A stretch of 64,000 bases of DNA from an uncultured Gemmatimonadales bacterium (GTDB taxonomy: Bacteria; Gemmatimonadota; Gemmatimonadetes; Gemmatimonadales; GWC2-71-9). Position 1 is the stretch's first letter. Each line of letters starts with the position of its first letter. The position numbers and the translations under genes are program-made. The DNA lies in assembly GCA_963828735.1 (NCBI GenBank), contig CAWHFW010000003.1, forward strand, positions 205,105 through 269,104. Reading direction: 5' to 3'. The notes beneath the pieces were generated by a model. The model saw nothing but the letters and a program-made list of their open reading frames with translations. It ran no database searches and was not told the DNA's origin. Positions 10,678 to 18,975 of this stretch are shown here, one piece after another.

Positions 10678-10848
10678 GCGGTGAGTGGTGAGTGGTGAGT
10701 GGTGAGCGGTGAGTGGTGAGCGGTGAGCGGTGAGCGGTGAGCGGTGAGCGGTGAGTGGTGAGCGGTGAGTGGTGAGCGGTGAGCGGTGAGCGGTGAGCGG
10801 TGAGCGGTGAGCGGTGAGCGGTGAGCGGTGAGCGGTGAGCGGTGAGCC
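10674..10848 (+). repeat. Tandem heptamer repeat (GTGAGYG), ~25 copies
   Basis: Uninterrupted GTGAGCG/GTGAGTG units; the first unit contains the SGNH stop codon. Confidence 0.97.
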
Positions 10849-10941
10849 GGTCCGCGAACCCGGAAGGCCCTGTTCCGCAACGGTCACCGCCTGGGCCAGC
10901 CGCCCGGAAGCGGGTGACCCGACGCGGATGACCCGAGAATG

Positions 10942-10984
10942 AAAAACAGCGGCCGGATCGCCTCGAGGCGATCCGGCCGCTGTT
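10942..10984 (-). terminator. Intrinsic terminator of the cold-shock gene
   Basis: Perfect palindrome AACAGCGGCCGGATCGCCTCGAGGCGATCCGGCCGCTGTT with a T-tract on the minus strand. Confidence 0.8.
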
Positions 10985-11004
10985 CCGTTCAGTCGGGCGT
11001 GCGA

Positions 11005-11214
11005 CTACTGCAGCTTGACGACGTTCTCCGCGGCGGGGCCCTTCTGGCCCTGCACGACGTCGAACTCGACCCGCTCGCCCTCGGCCAGGCTCTTGAAGCC
11101 CTGGGCCTGGATGGCCGAATGGTGGACGAAGCAGTCCTTCTCACCGCCCTCGGGCGTGATAAAGCCGAAGCCCTTGGCGTCATTGAACCATTTGACCGTT
11201 CCGGTAGTGCGCAT
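11005..11214 (-). CDS. Cold-shock protein (CspA family)
   Basis: [15 protein letters not shown] (RNP1), CFVHHSAI (RNP2); AAGGAG RBS. Confidence 0.96.
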   Translation of the reverse strand: MRTTGTVKWFNDAKGFGFITPEGGEKDCFVHHSAIQAQGFKSLAEGERVEFDVVQGQKGPAAENVVKLQ

Positions 11215-11343
11215 TGTCCTGCTCCTTGTACTGTGGTAATCGGAGGTGGGGACAAGCCGCACGGCCGACTACGGTGTGCGTGGATTCTCCCTCCACGCGG
11301 GGCTCGGCTGCCGCAGCGCAGCACTGCGCCAGGAACGACAACC

Positions 11344-11377
11344 AAAACAAAAGGGGCCGGCGCCAACGCCAGCCCCT
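11344..11377 (-). terminator. Terminator-like hairpin inside the csp 5' leader
   Basis: Minus strand AGGGGCTGGCGTTGGCGCCGGCCCCTTTTGTTTT. Confidence 0.6.
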
Positions 11378-11404
11378 GACTGATTACGCTAGTTCACACG
11401 ACAC

Positions 11405-11433
11405 AAGGTACTTGCGGGAGGCCCGGGCGGCAA
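11405..11433 (-). promoter_or_regulatory. Putative sigma70 promoter of csp
   Basis: Minus strand TTGCCG-N17-TACCTT. Confidence 0.5.
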
Positions 11434-11486
11434 GGTCTGACTTGTCAGGGTAAGGACCTGAGCTGGGCTGCATCTGGGTGACGTCA

Positions 11487-11930
11487 TCATTCGGTAGATG
11501 CTTGCGCGGGCGAGCAGGCTTGCTTCCAGGGTTCACCCCCGGCCCGCGGGATCACCCGCCGCTCGATGAGCGCGCTCACCGTCATAAGGAGATGGTCCGG
11601 GGTGAACACCTCGGCCAGCGTCGGCACATCGGCAGGCAAGCCGTCCGGGATCGAGGAGCCGATATGAAGGACCGCCAGGCGCGGATTGACCTCACGGACA
11701 CGTCGGACCAGATCGCCGGTATCGATGCCGGTCCCGTAGGTGTTCAGCACCAGCAGCGAGATCTCGGGCAACTTGATACACAGCTCCTGGGCCGCCCGCC
11801 CGTCGTGAGCCTGGAACACACAGTAGCCGCTCATGCGCAAGAGTCCGGTGACCGACAGCAACAAGGCGTTATAATCGCAAATAACGATGCGCCGCCCCTC
11901 GCTAGAGGGGACGGGGCGCTGGGCCAACAT
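11487..11930 (-). CDS. Atypical (pseudo-)receiver domain protein
   Basis: RIVICD...GYCVFQAHDG...LLVLN REC pattern; phosphoacceptor Asp appears as Asn. Confidence 0.7.
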   Translation of the reverse strand: MLAQRPVPSSEGRRIVICDYNALLLSVTGLLRMSGYCVFQAHDGRAAQELCIKLPEISLLVLNTYGTGIDTGDLVRRVREVNPRLAVLHIGSSIPDGLPADVPTLAEVFTPDHLLMTVSALIERRVIPRAGGEPWKQACSPAQASTE

Positions 11931-12066
11931 TTGGATCCTTAGGTCCGGCGGAGACAGCCGGCCATGACGGGAGGTACAGCGGTGAGGCGACCTGATGGTA
12001 CCCCACCAGTAGCAGAATAGATAGGCACGCTCTCCGCGCGCCCACGCGAACCGGCGAGCGCGAGAC

Positions 12067-12675
12067 CTAGGCCGCCATCGGGAGCTGCCCGAGGATCCCT
12101 TGCACAGCCGCCAGGTACTCCCCGACGTCGAAGTGGTCGGGGTCGATCATCCCCTGCACCGCGCATCCGTTGATGAAGCTCACTGCGATCGCCGCGAGGC
12201 CTTCGGGCGTCACCCCCGGGAATCGCGCTCCCTCGGCGAGCAGGACCTCTTCGGTCAGCGTGCGAAAGGCGGCCCGGTAGCGCTCGAGTGCCGCGCTGAT
12301 CTTTCCCCGGATCGCACGGTGGCGGGCACCGAGCGCCCAGTATTCGAGGAACAAGCAGACCTGCCGGGGGTCGCGCGACAGGCGATCCACCTCCTGGCGC
12401 AACAGTGCGCGCAGGCGGTCCAGCGGTCCCCCGATGGAAGCGACGTCGTCGGCGACGGGAAGCGAGAGCGTGGTCTCGAGCACCCGGTCCAGCAGCGCGC
12501 TGACCAGCTGATCCTTCCGCTTGAAGTGGAAGAGGACGAGGCCGTGGCTGAGGCGGGCCCGGGCGGCAACGGCTCTCACGGTGACGCCGTCGATGCCCTG
12601 CCGCAACCCCACCTCGTGGGCCGCTTTCAGAATCTGTTGTCGGCGCAGCGCCTCCGACGCCTTCTGTCCCGGCAT
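12067..12675 (-). CDS. TetR-family regulator (BetI-like)
   Basis: RRQQILKAA...VTVRAVAARARLSHGLVLFHFKRKDQL HTH. Confidence 0.9.
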   Translation of the reverse strand: MPGQKASEALRRQQILKAAHEVGLRQGIDGVTVRAVAARARLSHGLVLFHFKRKDQLVSALLDRVLETTLSLPVADDVASIGGPLDRLRALLRQEVDRLSRDPRQVCLFLEYWALGARHRAIRGKISAALERYRAAFRTLTEEVLLAEGARFPGVTPEGLAAIAVSFINGCAVQGMIDPDHFDVGEYLAAVQGILGQLPMAA

Positions 12676-12696
12676 GCTCGCTCCCTTCCGTCGCCA

Positions 12697-12744
12697 TTGA
12701 CCTTCTGTCCAATACAGAGTAGTATTCATTAACCGCTTGGTCAA
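12697..12744. promoter_or_regulatory. Two 16-bp imperfect palindromes, probable TetR operators
   Basis: TTGACCTTCTGTCCAA (12697-12712) and TTAACCGCTTGGTCAA (12729-12744) between divergent genes. Confidence 0.6.
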
Positions 12745-12808
12745 TAGCGCATGGCTGTCGAAGGCGCGCGGTGCAGGCTTCTCGCACAGAACGCCCCCGG
12801 GAGGGGAT

Positions 12809-13294
12809 ATGTACGCTCTACGACTTCTCATGCTCGCCGTCTCGGCGCTCGCGCTGACCTCCTGCAATCCGTTCCATCACGACCCGGCGGTCGAAGTGAC
12901 CACCAAGGACGAGACTCGGAATTCCAGCTGGCACGCCAGTCTGGCGACGCCGTCCGATCTCGCCGGGGCGGTGCAGATCAACGGCACGGCCTCCATGGCA
13001 CCGGGGACCAAGACCGGCAACACCACCGTGTTGCTCGTCCTCGCCAACGCCACACCCGGCGGTTTGCATCCCTGGCAGCTGCACCGCGGGCAGTGTGGGT
13101 CGGATGAGGGCGTGTTCGGCGCCGCGGCAGCATACCCGGTAGCGAAGGTGGGGAGCGACGGCCGCGCAACATCGTCGGCGACCGTGCCTCTCGAGACACC
13201 AACCACGGGCAGCTATTTCGTCACGGTCGGCGCGTCGGTCGCTAACGACGCGATGACCGTCGCGTGCGGCAATCTCGCCCCGCCGACGACGTAG
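12809..13294 (+). CDS. Lipoprotein with Cu/Zn-SOD-like/CHRD-like fold
   Basis: Lipobox LTSC; HPWQLHRGQC...VACGNL. Confidence 0.65.
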   Translation: MYALRLLMLAVSALALTSCNPFHHDPAVEVTTKDETRNSSWHASLATPSDLAGAVQINGTASMAPGTKTGNTTVLLVLANATPGGLHPWQLHRGQCGSDEGVFGAAAAYPVAKVGSDGRATSSATVPLETPTTGSYFVTVGASVANDAMTVACGNLAPPTT

Positions 13295-13325
13295 CTCCTG
13301 ATTTGGTAGCACCGCGACGGGGAAG

Positions 13326-13357
13326 GAGCCGCGGCAATCGCTGCGGCTTTTTCATTT
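13326..13357 (+). terminator. Intrinsic terminator
   Basis: GAGCCGCGGC-AATC-GCTGCGGCTT followed by TTTCATTT. Confidence 0.7.
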
Positions 13358-13413
13358 CGACGCGCTCTCTCAGATGACAGCACCTTGCCCGTAACACACG
13401 CACCGGAGGCCCC

Positions 13414-14289
13414 ATGACCGCGACCGCCACCGCCCCCCTCCTCCCCACCCGCAAACCCCGCGAAGACGAGATCGACGTCCACGGCGTGACCCACGCCGGC
13501 AAGGTCCGCAAGGACAACCAGGACCACTTCGTCCTCTGCGCCCTCCGGAAGCAGCTCGTGCTCCGCCTCTCCAGCATCCCCGACGCCACCGCGATCATGG
13601 GGGAGAGCGAACGGCTCGCCTCCCTCGCCATGGTGGCCGACGGCGTGGGTGGCGCGGCCCAGGGCGAGACGGCGAGCCGCATGGCGCTCCAGGCCGTCAC
13701 CGAGTACGTCTCACGGGCCACCCGCTGCTACTTCGGCGCGGCCGAGGACGACGACCAGGCGCTGCTCAATGCCCTCCAGGAAGGCGCCGGCCACTGTCAC
13801 GCGGAGCTGCTCCGCCTCGGCGAGGAAGACGCCAACTTCCGCGGCATGGCCACCACGCTCACCCTGTACCTCGGCGTCTGGCCCCGCGGCTACCTGCTCC
13901 AGGTGGGCGACAGCCGCTGCTACATGCTGCGTGACGGCGAGCTGACCCAGATCACCCGGGATCAGACCATGGCCCAGGCCATGGTGGACGTCGGCGCCAT
14001 GCAGGCCGAGGAGGTGGCCGATTCCGATCTGGCTCACAGGCTCACGAGCTCGATCGGCGGGCACGAGACCCACCCCAAGGTCACACGCGTCGACATGACC
14101 TGGGGCAATGTGCTCCTGCTCTGCAGCGACGGGCTCACCCGGCACGTGAGCGACGAGCGGATCCGGGACGTGCTCCGCTCGATGACATCGGCCAAGCAGG
14201 CCTGCGAGACGCTGGTGCAGGAGGCGCTCGACGACGGCGGCAGCGACAACATCACGGTGGTGGTGGGCCGCACGCTACCGCGAGGATAG
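13414..14289 (+). CDS. PP2C/PPM-family protein phosphatase
   Basis: GKVRKDNQD, VADGVGG, GMATT, VGDSRCY, CSDGL, DNIT. Confidence 0.93.
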   Translation: MTATATAPLLPTRKPREDEIDVHGVTHAGKVRKDNQDHFVLCALRKQLVLRLSSIPDATAIMGESERLASLAMVADGVGGAAQGETASRMALQAVTEYVSRATRCYFGAAEDDDQALLNALQEGAGHCHAELLRLGEEDANFRGMATTLTLYLGVWPRGYLLQVGDSRCYMLRDGELTQITRDQTMAQAMVDVGAMQAEEVADSDLAHRLTSSIGGHETHPKVTRVDMTWGNVLLLCSDGLTRHVSDERIRDVLRSMTSAKQACETLVQEALDDGGSDNITVVVGRTLPRG

Positions 14290-14635
14290 AGGACCGAACC
14301 CCCTCCGCTCGGGGCCGAACAGGCCCCTGCACTGCGGCAGAATCGCGGCGGTTTGCTGCGGCAGGCCCACGCCACGGGTGTCAAAGAAGCAGATAGCCCC
14401 ACAGCGGTCATGAGGTCGGTTTCCGTTCCCGCGACCCTCCCCGCTCGTCGCACCCCGTCCGGCCGCGGCGACGAATTTGTAGCATGCCAAGGTTTTAGGT
14501 TCTCCCCTCCGCAGGCTGCATAACCTTGCGCGTCAGCTCCCCGCAGCGGCTGCAAATCCTGTAGGCCGTCCAGGTCCGGCATTTGCTCCGACTGCACCCC
14601 GCTGCCGGCCGCCCGTTGCGGCAGCGACAACAGAC

Positions 14636-14728
14636 GTCACCCGATAAGAGCACACCCGGAGTGATCCGGGGCCGCAAAACCAGAGGTCTCGCCCGGTCCA
14701 TCGGCGAGATAGCTCGGTGCCGAAGGTG
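14636..14728 (+). ncRNA. GEMM-I (c-di-GMP-I class) riboswitch, A20 variant (predicted 3',3'-cGAMP-responsive)
   Basis: CGATAAG-A-GCACA-CCCGGA-GTGA-TCCGGG-GCC-GCAAA-ACCAGAGG-TCTCGCC...GGCGAGA-TAGCTCGGT-GCCGAA: P2 with GNRA loop, GCAAA junction, P3, 3' GCCGA; ~150 nt upstream of a gene. Confidence 0.8.
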
Positions 14729-14875
14729 TACGATCACGCGCAACGACTCAACGCGCGGTGCTCGGCCTCGGCCCTCGGGGGAGCACCGCGCTTCTGCATT
14801 GGGGGCGCGACGTCCGGCGGCGGGCTGCCGGGCGACTCCTTCCGGCGGCGAACCAAGCTGACAGGGAGGAACGCC

Positions 14876-15592
14876 ATGAGTCGGAAGATCACGTTGCGCA
14901 TGCTGGCGTTGGCCACGGGGATATTTGCCCTCGCGTGCTCCGACGCCGGCACCCCGGCCGAGCCCACGGGCGGCCAGACGGTCCAGTTCAGCGTCGCGAG
15001 CGACAGCGCCCACGCACGGCACGACCAGCTCAAGCAGCAGCTCGAGGAGCGCAAGGCCTACTTCAAGGCGACGAAGGAGGCCAACCGCGAGAACCTCAGG
15101 GCGGCCAGGGCCGAGTGGAAAGCCTGGATGGAGGACTGGAAGGAGCAGTTCAAGATCGAGAAGGAAGCCTGGAAGCGGGCGCATCCAGGCCAGAAGGGCG
15201 GCCCCGTCATCGAGCTCCTGCGCTGCGAGCCGCGCGACTTCGCGAGCGACGCCGCCATCATCGGGCCCAACGGCGGGTCGCTACACGTCGGCGAGCACGA
15301 GCTGGTGATCCCGAAGGGCGCGCTGCAGGAGGAAGTCCTGATCTCGGCCGAGGCGCCGACCTCCTCCCTGGTGGACGTGCAGTTCGAGCCGCACGGGCTC
15401 GAGTTCCAGCAGCCGGCTCAGCTCAAGCTCTCGTACAAGGGCTGCGTCCGGCCGACCATCAGCGACTTCCTGGTCGCCTACCTGGGCCAGGGGACTCAGC
15501 TGCTCGAGCTGCTGCCGTCGCGCGACATGCGGCTGGATGACGAGGTCGACGCGGACATCGATCACTTCTCGAGGTACGCGATCGCCTGGTAG
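14876..15592 (+). CDS. Lipoprotein with charged helical region and C-terminal ZU5-like domain
   Basis: GGAGG RBS; lipobox LAC; IGPNGGSL...LVIPKGAL...FEPHGLEFQQP...HFS. Confidence 0.75.
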   Translation: MSRKITLRMLALATGIFALACSDAGTPAEPTGGQTVQFSVASDSAHARHDQLKQQLEERKAYFKATKEANRENLRAARAEWKAWMEDWKEQFKIEKEAWKRAHPGQKGGPVIELLRCEPRDFASDAAIIGPNGGSLHVGEHELVIPKGALQEEVLISAEAPTSSLVDVQFEPHGLEFQQPAQLKLSYKGCVRPTISDFLVAYLGQGTQLLELLPSRDMRLDDEVDADIDHFSRYAIAW

Positions 15593-15746
15593 CTGGCGAC
15601 GCCGGCCGCGGCGAGCACCCCGGCGCCGCGGCTGCAGTCGTCATGCAGTGAGCGAAGGAGCCATGCCCCGAACGCATGGCTCCTTTGCGCAGTCACCCGG
15701 GGCGCCGGCAGCATCGGCGCTCGTCCTGCTCCACGAGTGAGGTCGC

Positions 15747-17411
15747 ATGGACCGCGACGCAACGTCTCAGACCGCAGCACCGGCTAACGCCGCCGCCCGG
15801 CTCGACGAGGGTCGGCAGGAGGAGCGCGCCGGCAACGTGGCGGCTGCAGAGGCGGCGTACCAGTCGTCCTGCGCGCAGTCCGAGGCAGCGGGCGACCGGG
15901 TCACGCAGTCGATGGCCCTGCGGCACCTGGCGCTGCTCCAGCATCAGCGCGGCGCGGCGAGCCGGGCGACGGAGCTCGCGCGGCGCGCGTACGACGTGGC
16001 GCTCGCGGCCGGCCAGCGCGAGCTCGCCGCGCACGCGCTCAACGTCCTCGGCGGCTTCACCTTCGAAGGCGGCGACCTGGCCGCCGCCCGCCGCACCTTC
16101 GACAGCGCCCTCGCGCTCGCGAGCGGCAGCATTGCGCTCCGCGCGCGTATCGAGCAGAACCTCGGCATCCTCGCGACCGTGGAGGGCAACCACGACGCGG
16201 CCATGGGCCACTACGGGCGGAGCCTCGACGCGTACGTGGCCCTGGGGGACGAGGGCGGCGTCGCGCTCGCGTATCACAACCTGGGCATGATCAGCGCCGA
16301 CCGGGAGCGCTGGGAGGAGGCCGACAGCTACTTCCGGCACGCCTTCCAGGGTGCCGAGCGCGCGGGCGACATCCACCTCCAGGGCCTCTGTCTCCTGAAC
16401 CACACCGAGGTCCACCTCGCCCGGCAGTCGTACGACCTGGCCCGGGCCGGGATCGAGCGCGCGCTGGGCATCTTCGACCAGCTCGAGGCGCGCATCGACA
16501 AGGCCGACGCCTACCGGATGCTCGGCGCCGTGCACCGGGTCACCGGCCAGCTCGAGTCGGCGGAGCGCAACCTGCTCCGCGCCCGCGGACTCGCGGACGA
16601 GATGCAGTCGGTGCTCGGCGGCGCCGAGACCAACCGCGAGCTCGCGCTCCTCTATCAGCAGCTCGGCCGCAACCGGGACGCGCTCCACGCGCTCAACCTG
16701 TCGTACCAGCTCTTCCGCCGGCTCAACGCGCGGACCGAGCTGGTGGACGTCGGGCGCAAGATCGGCGACCTCGAGGGAACCTACCTTCGAGTCGTCCACG
16801 AGTGGGGCCAGTCGCTCGAGTCGGCGGACAGCTACACCCACGGCCATTGCGGCCGGGTGGCGGAGTACGGACTGGCGGTCGCCCGCGCGCTCGGCTTCGA
16901 CCCCGGTCAGCTCACGGCGATCCGCCTCGGCGCCTACCTGCACGACCTGGGCAAGGTCCGGATCCCGGAGGAAATCCTCAACAAGCTGGGCAAGCTCACC
17001 GTCGAGGAGTTCGAGACGATCAAGATGCACCCCGTGTGGGGCCTCGAGATGCTGACCGAGGTGGACTTCCCCTGGGACCTCAAGCCGATCATCCGCTGGC
17101 ATCACGAGAAGCACGACGGCTCGGGCTACCCCGACGGGCTCAAGGGCGACGAGATCCCGGTGGCCGCGCAGGTGATCTGCATCGTGGACGTGTACGATGC
17201 GCTCACGACGACGCGGAGCTACAAGCCGGCGTATACGCCGTCGGAGGCGTTGGAGCGGATGGCCGAGGTGACGCACTGGTGGCGGCCGGACGTGTACGAA
17301 GCGTTCCTCGAGGCCGTGGGGCGGCCGGAGGTGCGGCGGCACGTGGAGGCGCCGCGGCACGTCGCGGCGCGGGCGATCTCGGACGAGGAACTGGGGGAGG
17401 CGGCGGCGTAG
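15747..17411 (+). CDS. TPR + HD-GYP cyclic dinucleotide phosphodiesterase
   Basis: N-terminal TPRs; HCGRV, LHDLGK, HHEKHDGSGYP, DVYDALTTTRSYK. Confidence 0.92.
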   Translation: MDRDATSQTAAPANAAARLDEGRQEERAGNVAAAEAAYQSSCAQSEAAGDRVTQSMALRHLALLQHQRGAASRATELARRAYDVALAAGQRELAAHALNVLGGFTFEGGDLAAARRTFDSALALASGSIALRARIEQNLGILATVEGNHDAAMGHYGRSLDAYVALGDEGGVALAYHNLGMISADRERWEEADSYFRHAFQGAERAGDIHLQGLCLLNHTEVHLARQSYDLARAGIERALGIFDQLEARIDKADAYRMLGAVHRVTGQLESAERNLLRARGLADEMQSVLGGAETNRELALLYQQLGRNRDALHALNLSYQLFRRLNARTELVDVGRKIGDLEGTYLRVVHEWGQSLESADSYTHGHCGRVAEYGLAVARALGFDPGQLTAIRLGAYLHDLGKVRIPEEILNKLGKLTVEEFETIKMHPVWGLEMLTEVDFPWDLKPIIRWHHEKHDGSGYPDGLKGDEIPVAAQVICIVDVYDALTTTRSYKPAYTPSEALERMAEVTHWWRPDVYEAFLEAVGRPEVRRHVEAPRHVAARAISDEELGEAAA

Positions 17412-17474
17412 GGCCTTCCCGGCCGTGTAGGCCTGACGCCGGGCCCCCTTCGTTCTGCGACGATCGCCCACCAT

Positions 17475-17725
17475 TACGCGCAACGCTAGCCATCGCCGTC
17501 CCGACCAGCTTCCCATCCTCCACGATCCTGTCCCCGTCCACCTCGACCGTTGCCCGGGTGGTCGGGATCCCGACCCCGACCGCCCCCGACACCTTATTCG
17601 AGCCGCCGAGGAGCTGGTTCTCGCCCAGGCTCATGGTCACGAACCCGGCCGCTGCGCCAGGACGGTAGTCGGCATTGTCCTCCATCACCTTCAGCTCGGG
17701 ATTGAGCCCGAGGGTGAGCGTCCCA
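17475..17725 (-). pseudogene. C-terminal remnant of an M29-like aminopeptidase
   Basis: LGLNPEL...GFVTMSLGENQLLGGSN...ATVEVDGDRIVEDGKL; the N-terminal part of the peptidase is missing and the frame meets a stop codon upstream. Confidence 0.6.
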
Positions 17726-17839
17726 TCCGGTGCAGGCCGCGCCGTAGGCCTTTGAGGTTGGGTCGAGGGGCTGATGCCGAAGTAGCCCCCTGGTGCGATG
17801 TCGGTTTCGCGGTACCATAGTGTTCCGACCTATGAGGGT

Positions 17840-18722
17840 ATGCGCCTGCCCTTCGAGCCCGACCATCAGTACGTCCGCCATCCCTTCGCGACCGCGATAA
17901 CGACCGCGGGCCGGGTGCTGTTCACCCGGCCCGGCGGGCCGGTTAAGCACTGCACGAACCCAGACCCCGGGGCTGCATCGGAGTTGTGGGACGCCCTGGC
18001 GAGGCCGATCCGCGGACGCGACCTGGTTTCCCGGTCCCGCCTGGAGCCGAGAAGTGCCGCGGCTCTCATGGAGTTTCTGCTCGAGCACCAGATTGTCATG
18101 CCTTGGACCCTGACGGAATCCGAGCCCACCGACTCACGGCCGGATCTCGAGGACACGGTGCGGCCCTGCCATCATCTCGTCTTGGGTATCACGGGCGCGG
18201 TGCAAGCCGTGTTCGCTCCGCACATCGTTCAGCGTCTCGCATCCCACTTCACCGATCGACTCGACGTAGTGCTCACCGAGTCCGCCCAGAAGTTCGTACA
18301 GCCGAGGTCGCTGTCGGTTCTGGGCGTTTCCGTCTGGTCCGATCCGTTTGACCCTCTGGAGGCCGGCAGGGTCATCCACATCGAGCTGGCGACACAGGCG
18401 CAGCTGGTCTTGGTGTATCCAGCCACGGCGGATGCGATCTTCCGCCGGCGCACGGCTCTGCTCCGATCTCCTCTCCTTGATCGTGAGTGCCACGGTAGCG
18501 CCGGTCGTCATCGTGCCCAGCATGAATCCCGCCATGTGGCGGCACCCGCCCACCCAACGCAACCTCCGGACATTGCGGGACGACGGTGCCTTCGTGGTGG
18601 AGCCCGGTCCGGCAAGGTCGGCGGCGAGTCGAGCGGACAGCGAGGCGGGCGGACCCGGACTAGGACCGGACGCCGCGAACCTGATCGGCATTCTGGAAGC
18701 CATCCTGCATCTCAACAGATGA
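17840..18722 (+). CDS. HFCD (LanD/EpiD-like) flavoprotein with N-terminal RRE-like winged helix; frameshifted near 18445-18456
   Basis: LVLGITGAV, VVLTESAQKFV, HIELA, PATAD, then in another frame CSDLL...PSMNPAMW...QRNLRTLRDDG; restoring two single bases gives FRLAHGLCSDLL; no PPC-synthetase (CoaB) half. Confidence 0.85.
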
Positions 18723-18921
18723 ACCCCTCCGGTGACTGGGGGAGATGGAACTGCTGGGGATCCTCGACCACCTCGATCTCCTCCGACTCTGATACGGTTA
18801 CACCGTACTCGCCTAACACTGTCCTCGGGTCTGCCTTGAACCGTTCTCTGAAGGCCGGATCGGCCCACGCCCGCTCTACGATCTGCCGGTAGATATCAAA
18901 TTTGTCAGGGGGGATAGCCAT
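18712..18921 (-). CDS. NHLP (nitrile hydratase-like leader) RiPP precursor with C-terminal Cys
   Basis: GAGGAGG RBS; IVERAWADPAFRERFKADPRTVL...LPQSP NHLP pattern; ends EGFIC*. Confidence 0.85.
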   Translation of the reverse strand: MAIPPDKFDIYRQIVERAWADPAFRERFKADPRTVLGEYGVTVSESEEIEVVEDPQQFHLPQSPEGFIC

Positions 18922-18975
18922 ACGTGCCTCCTCGGTGCGTGGTGCGGTTGAGCTACCGCCTCAGGACGAGGCCAA

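Noticed and set aside
10674..10848. Possible CRISPR array
   Set aside because: 7-bp tandem units with no spacers, and no cas genes.
9940..10887. ORFs with (HRSPLTA)n repeats
   Set aside because: They are translations of the heptamer DNA repeat, antisense to the SGNH gene.
17840..18722. Flavoprotein as housekeeping CoaBC or as a true pseudogene
   Set aside because: There is no CoaB domain and it has an extra N-terminal domain. The two single-base deletions match the indel noise seen throughout the window, though reads are needed to confirm.
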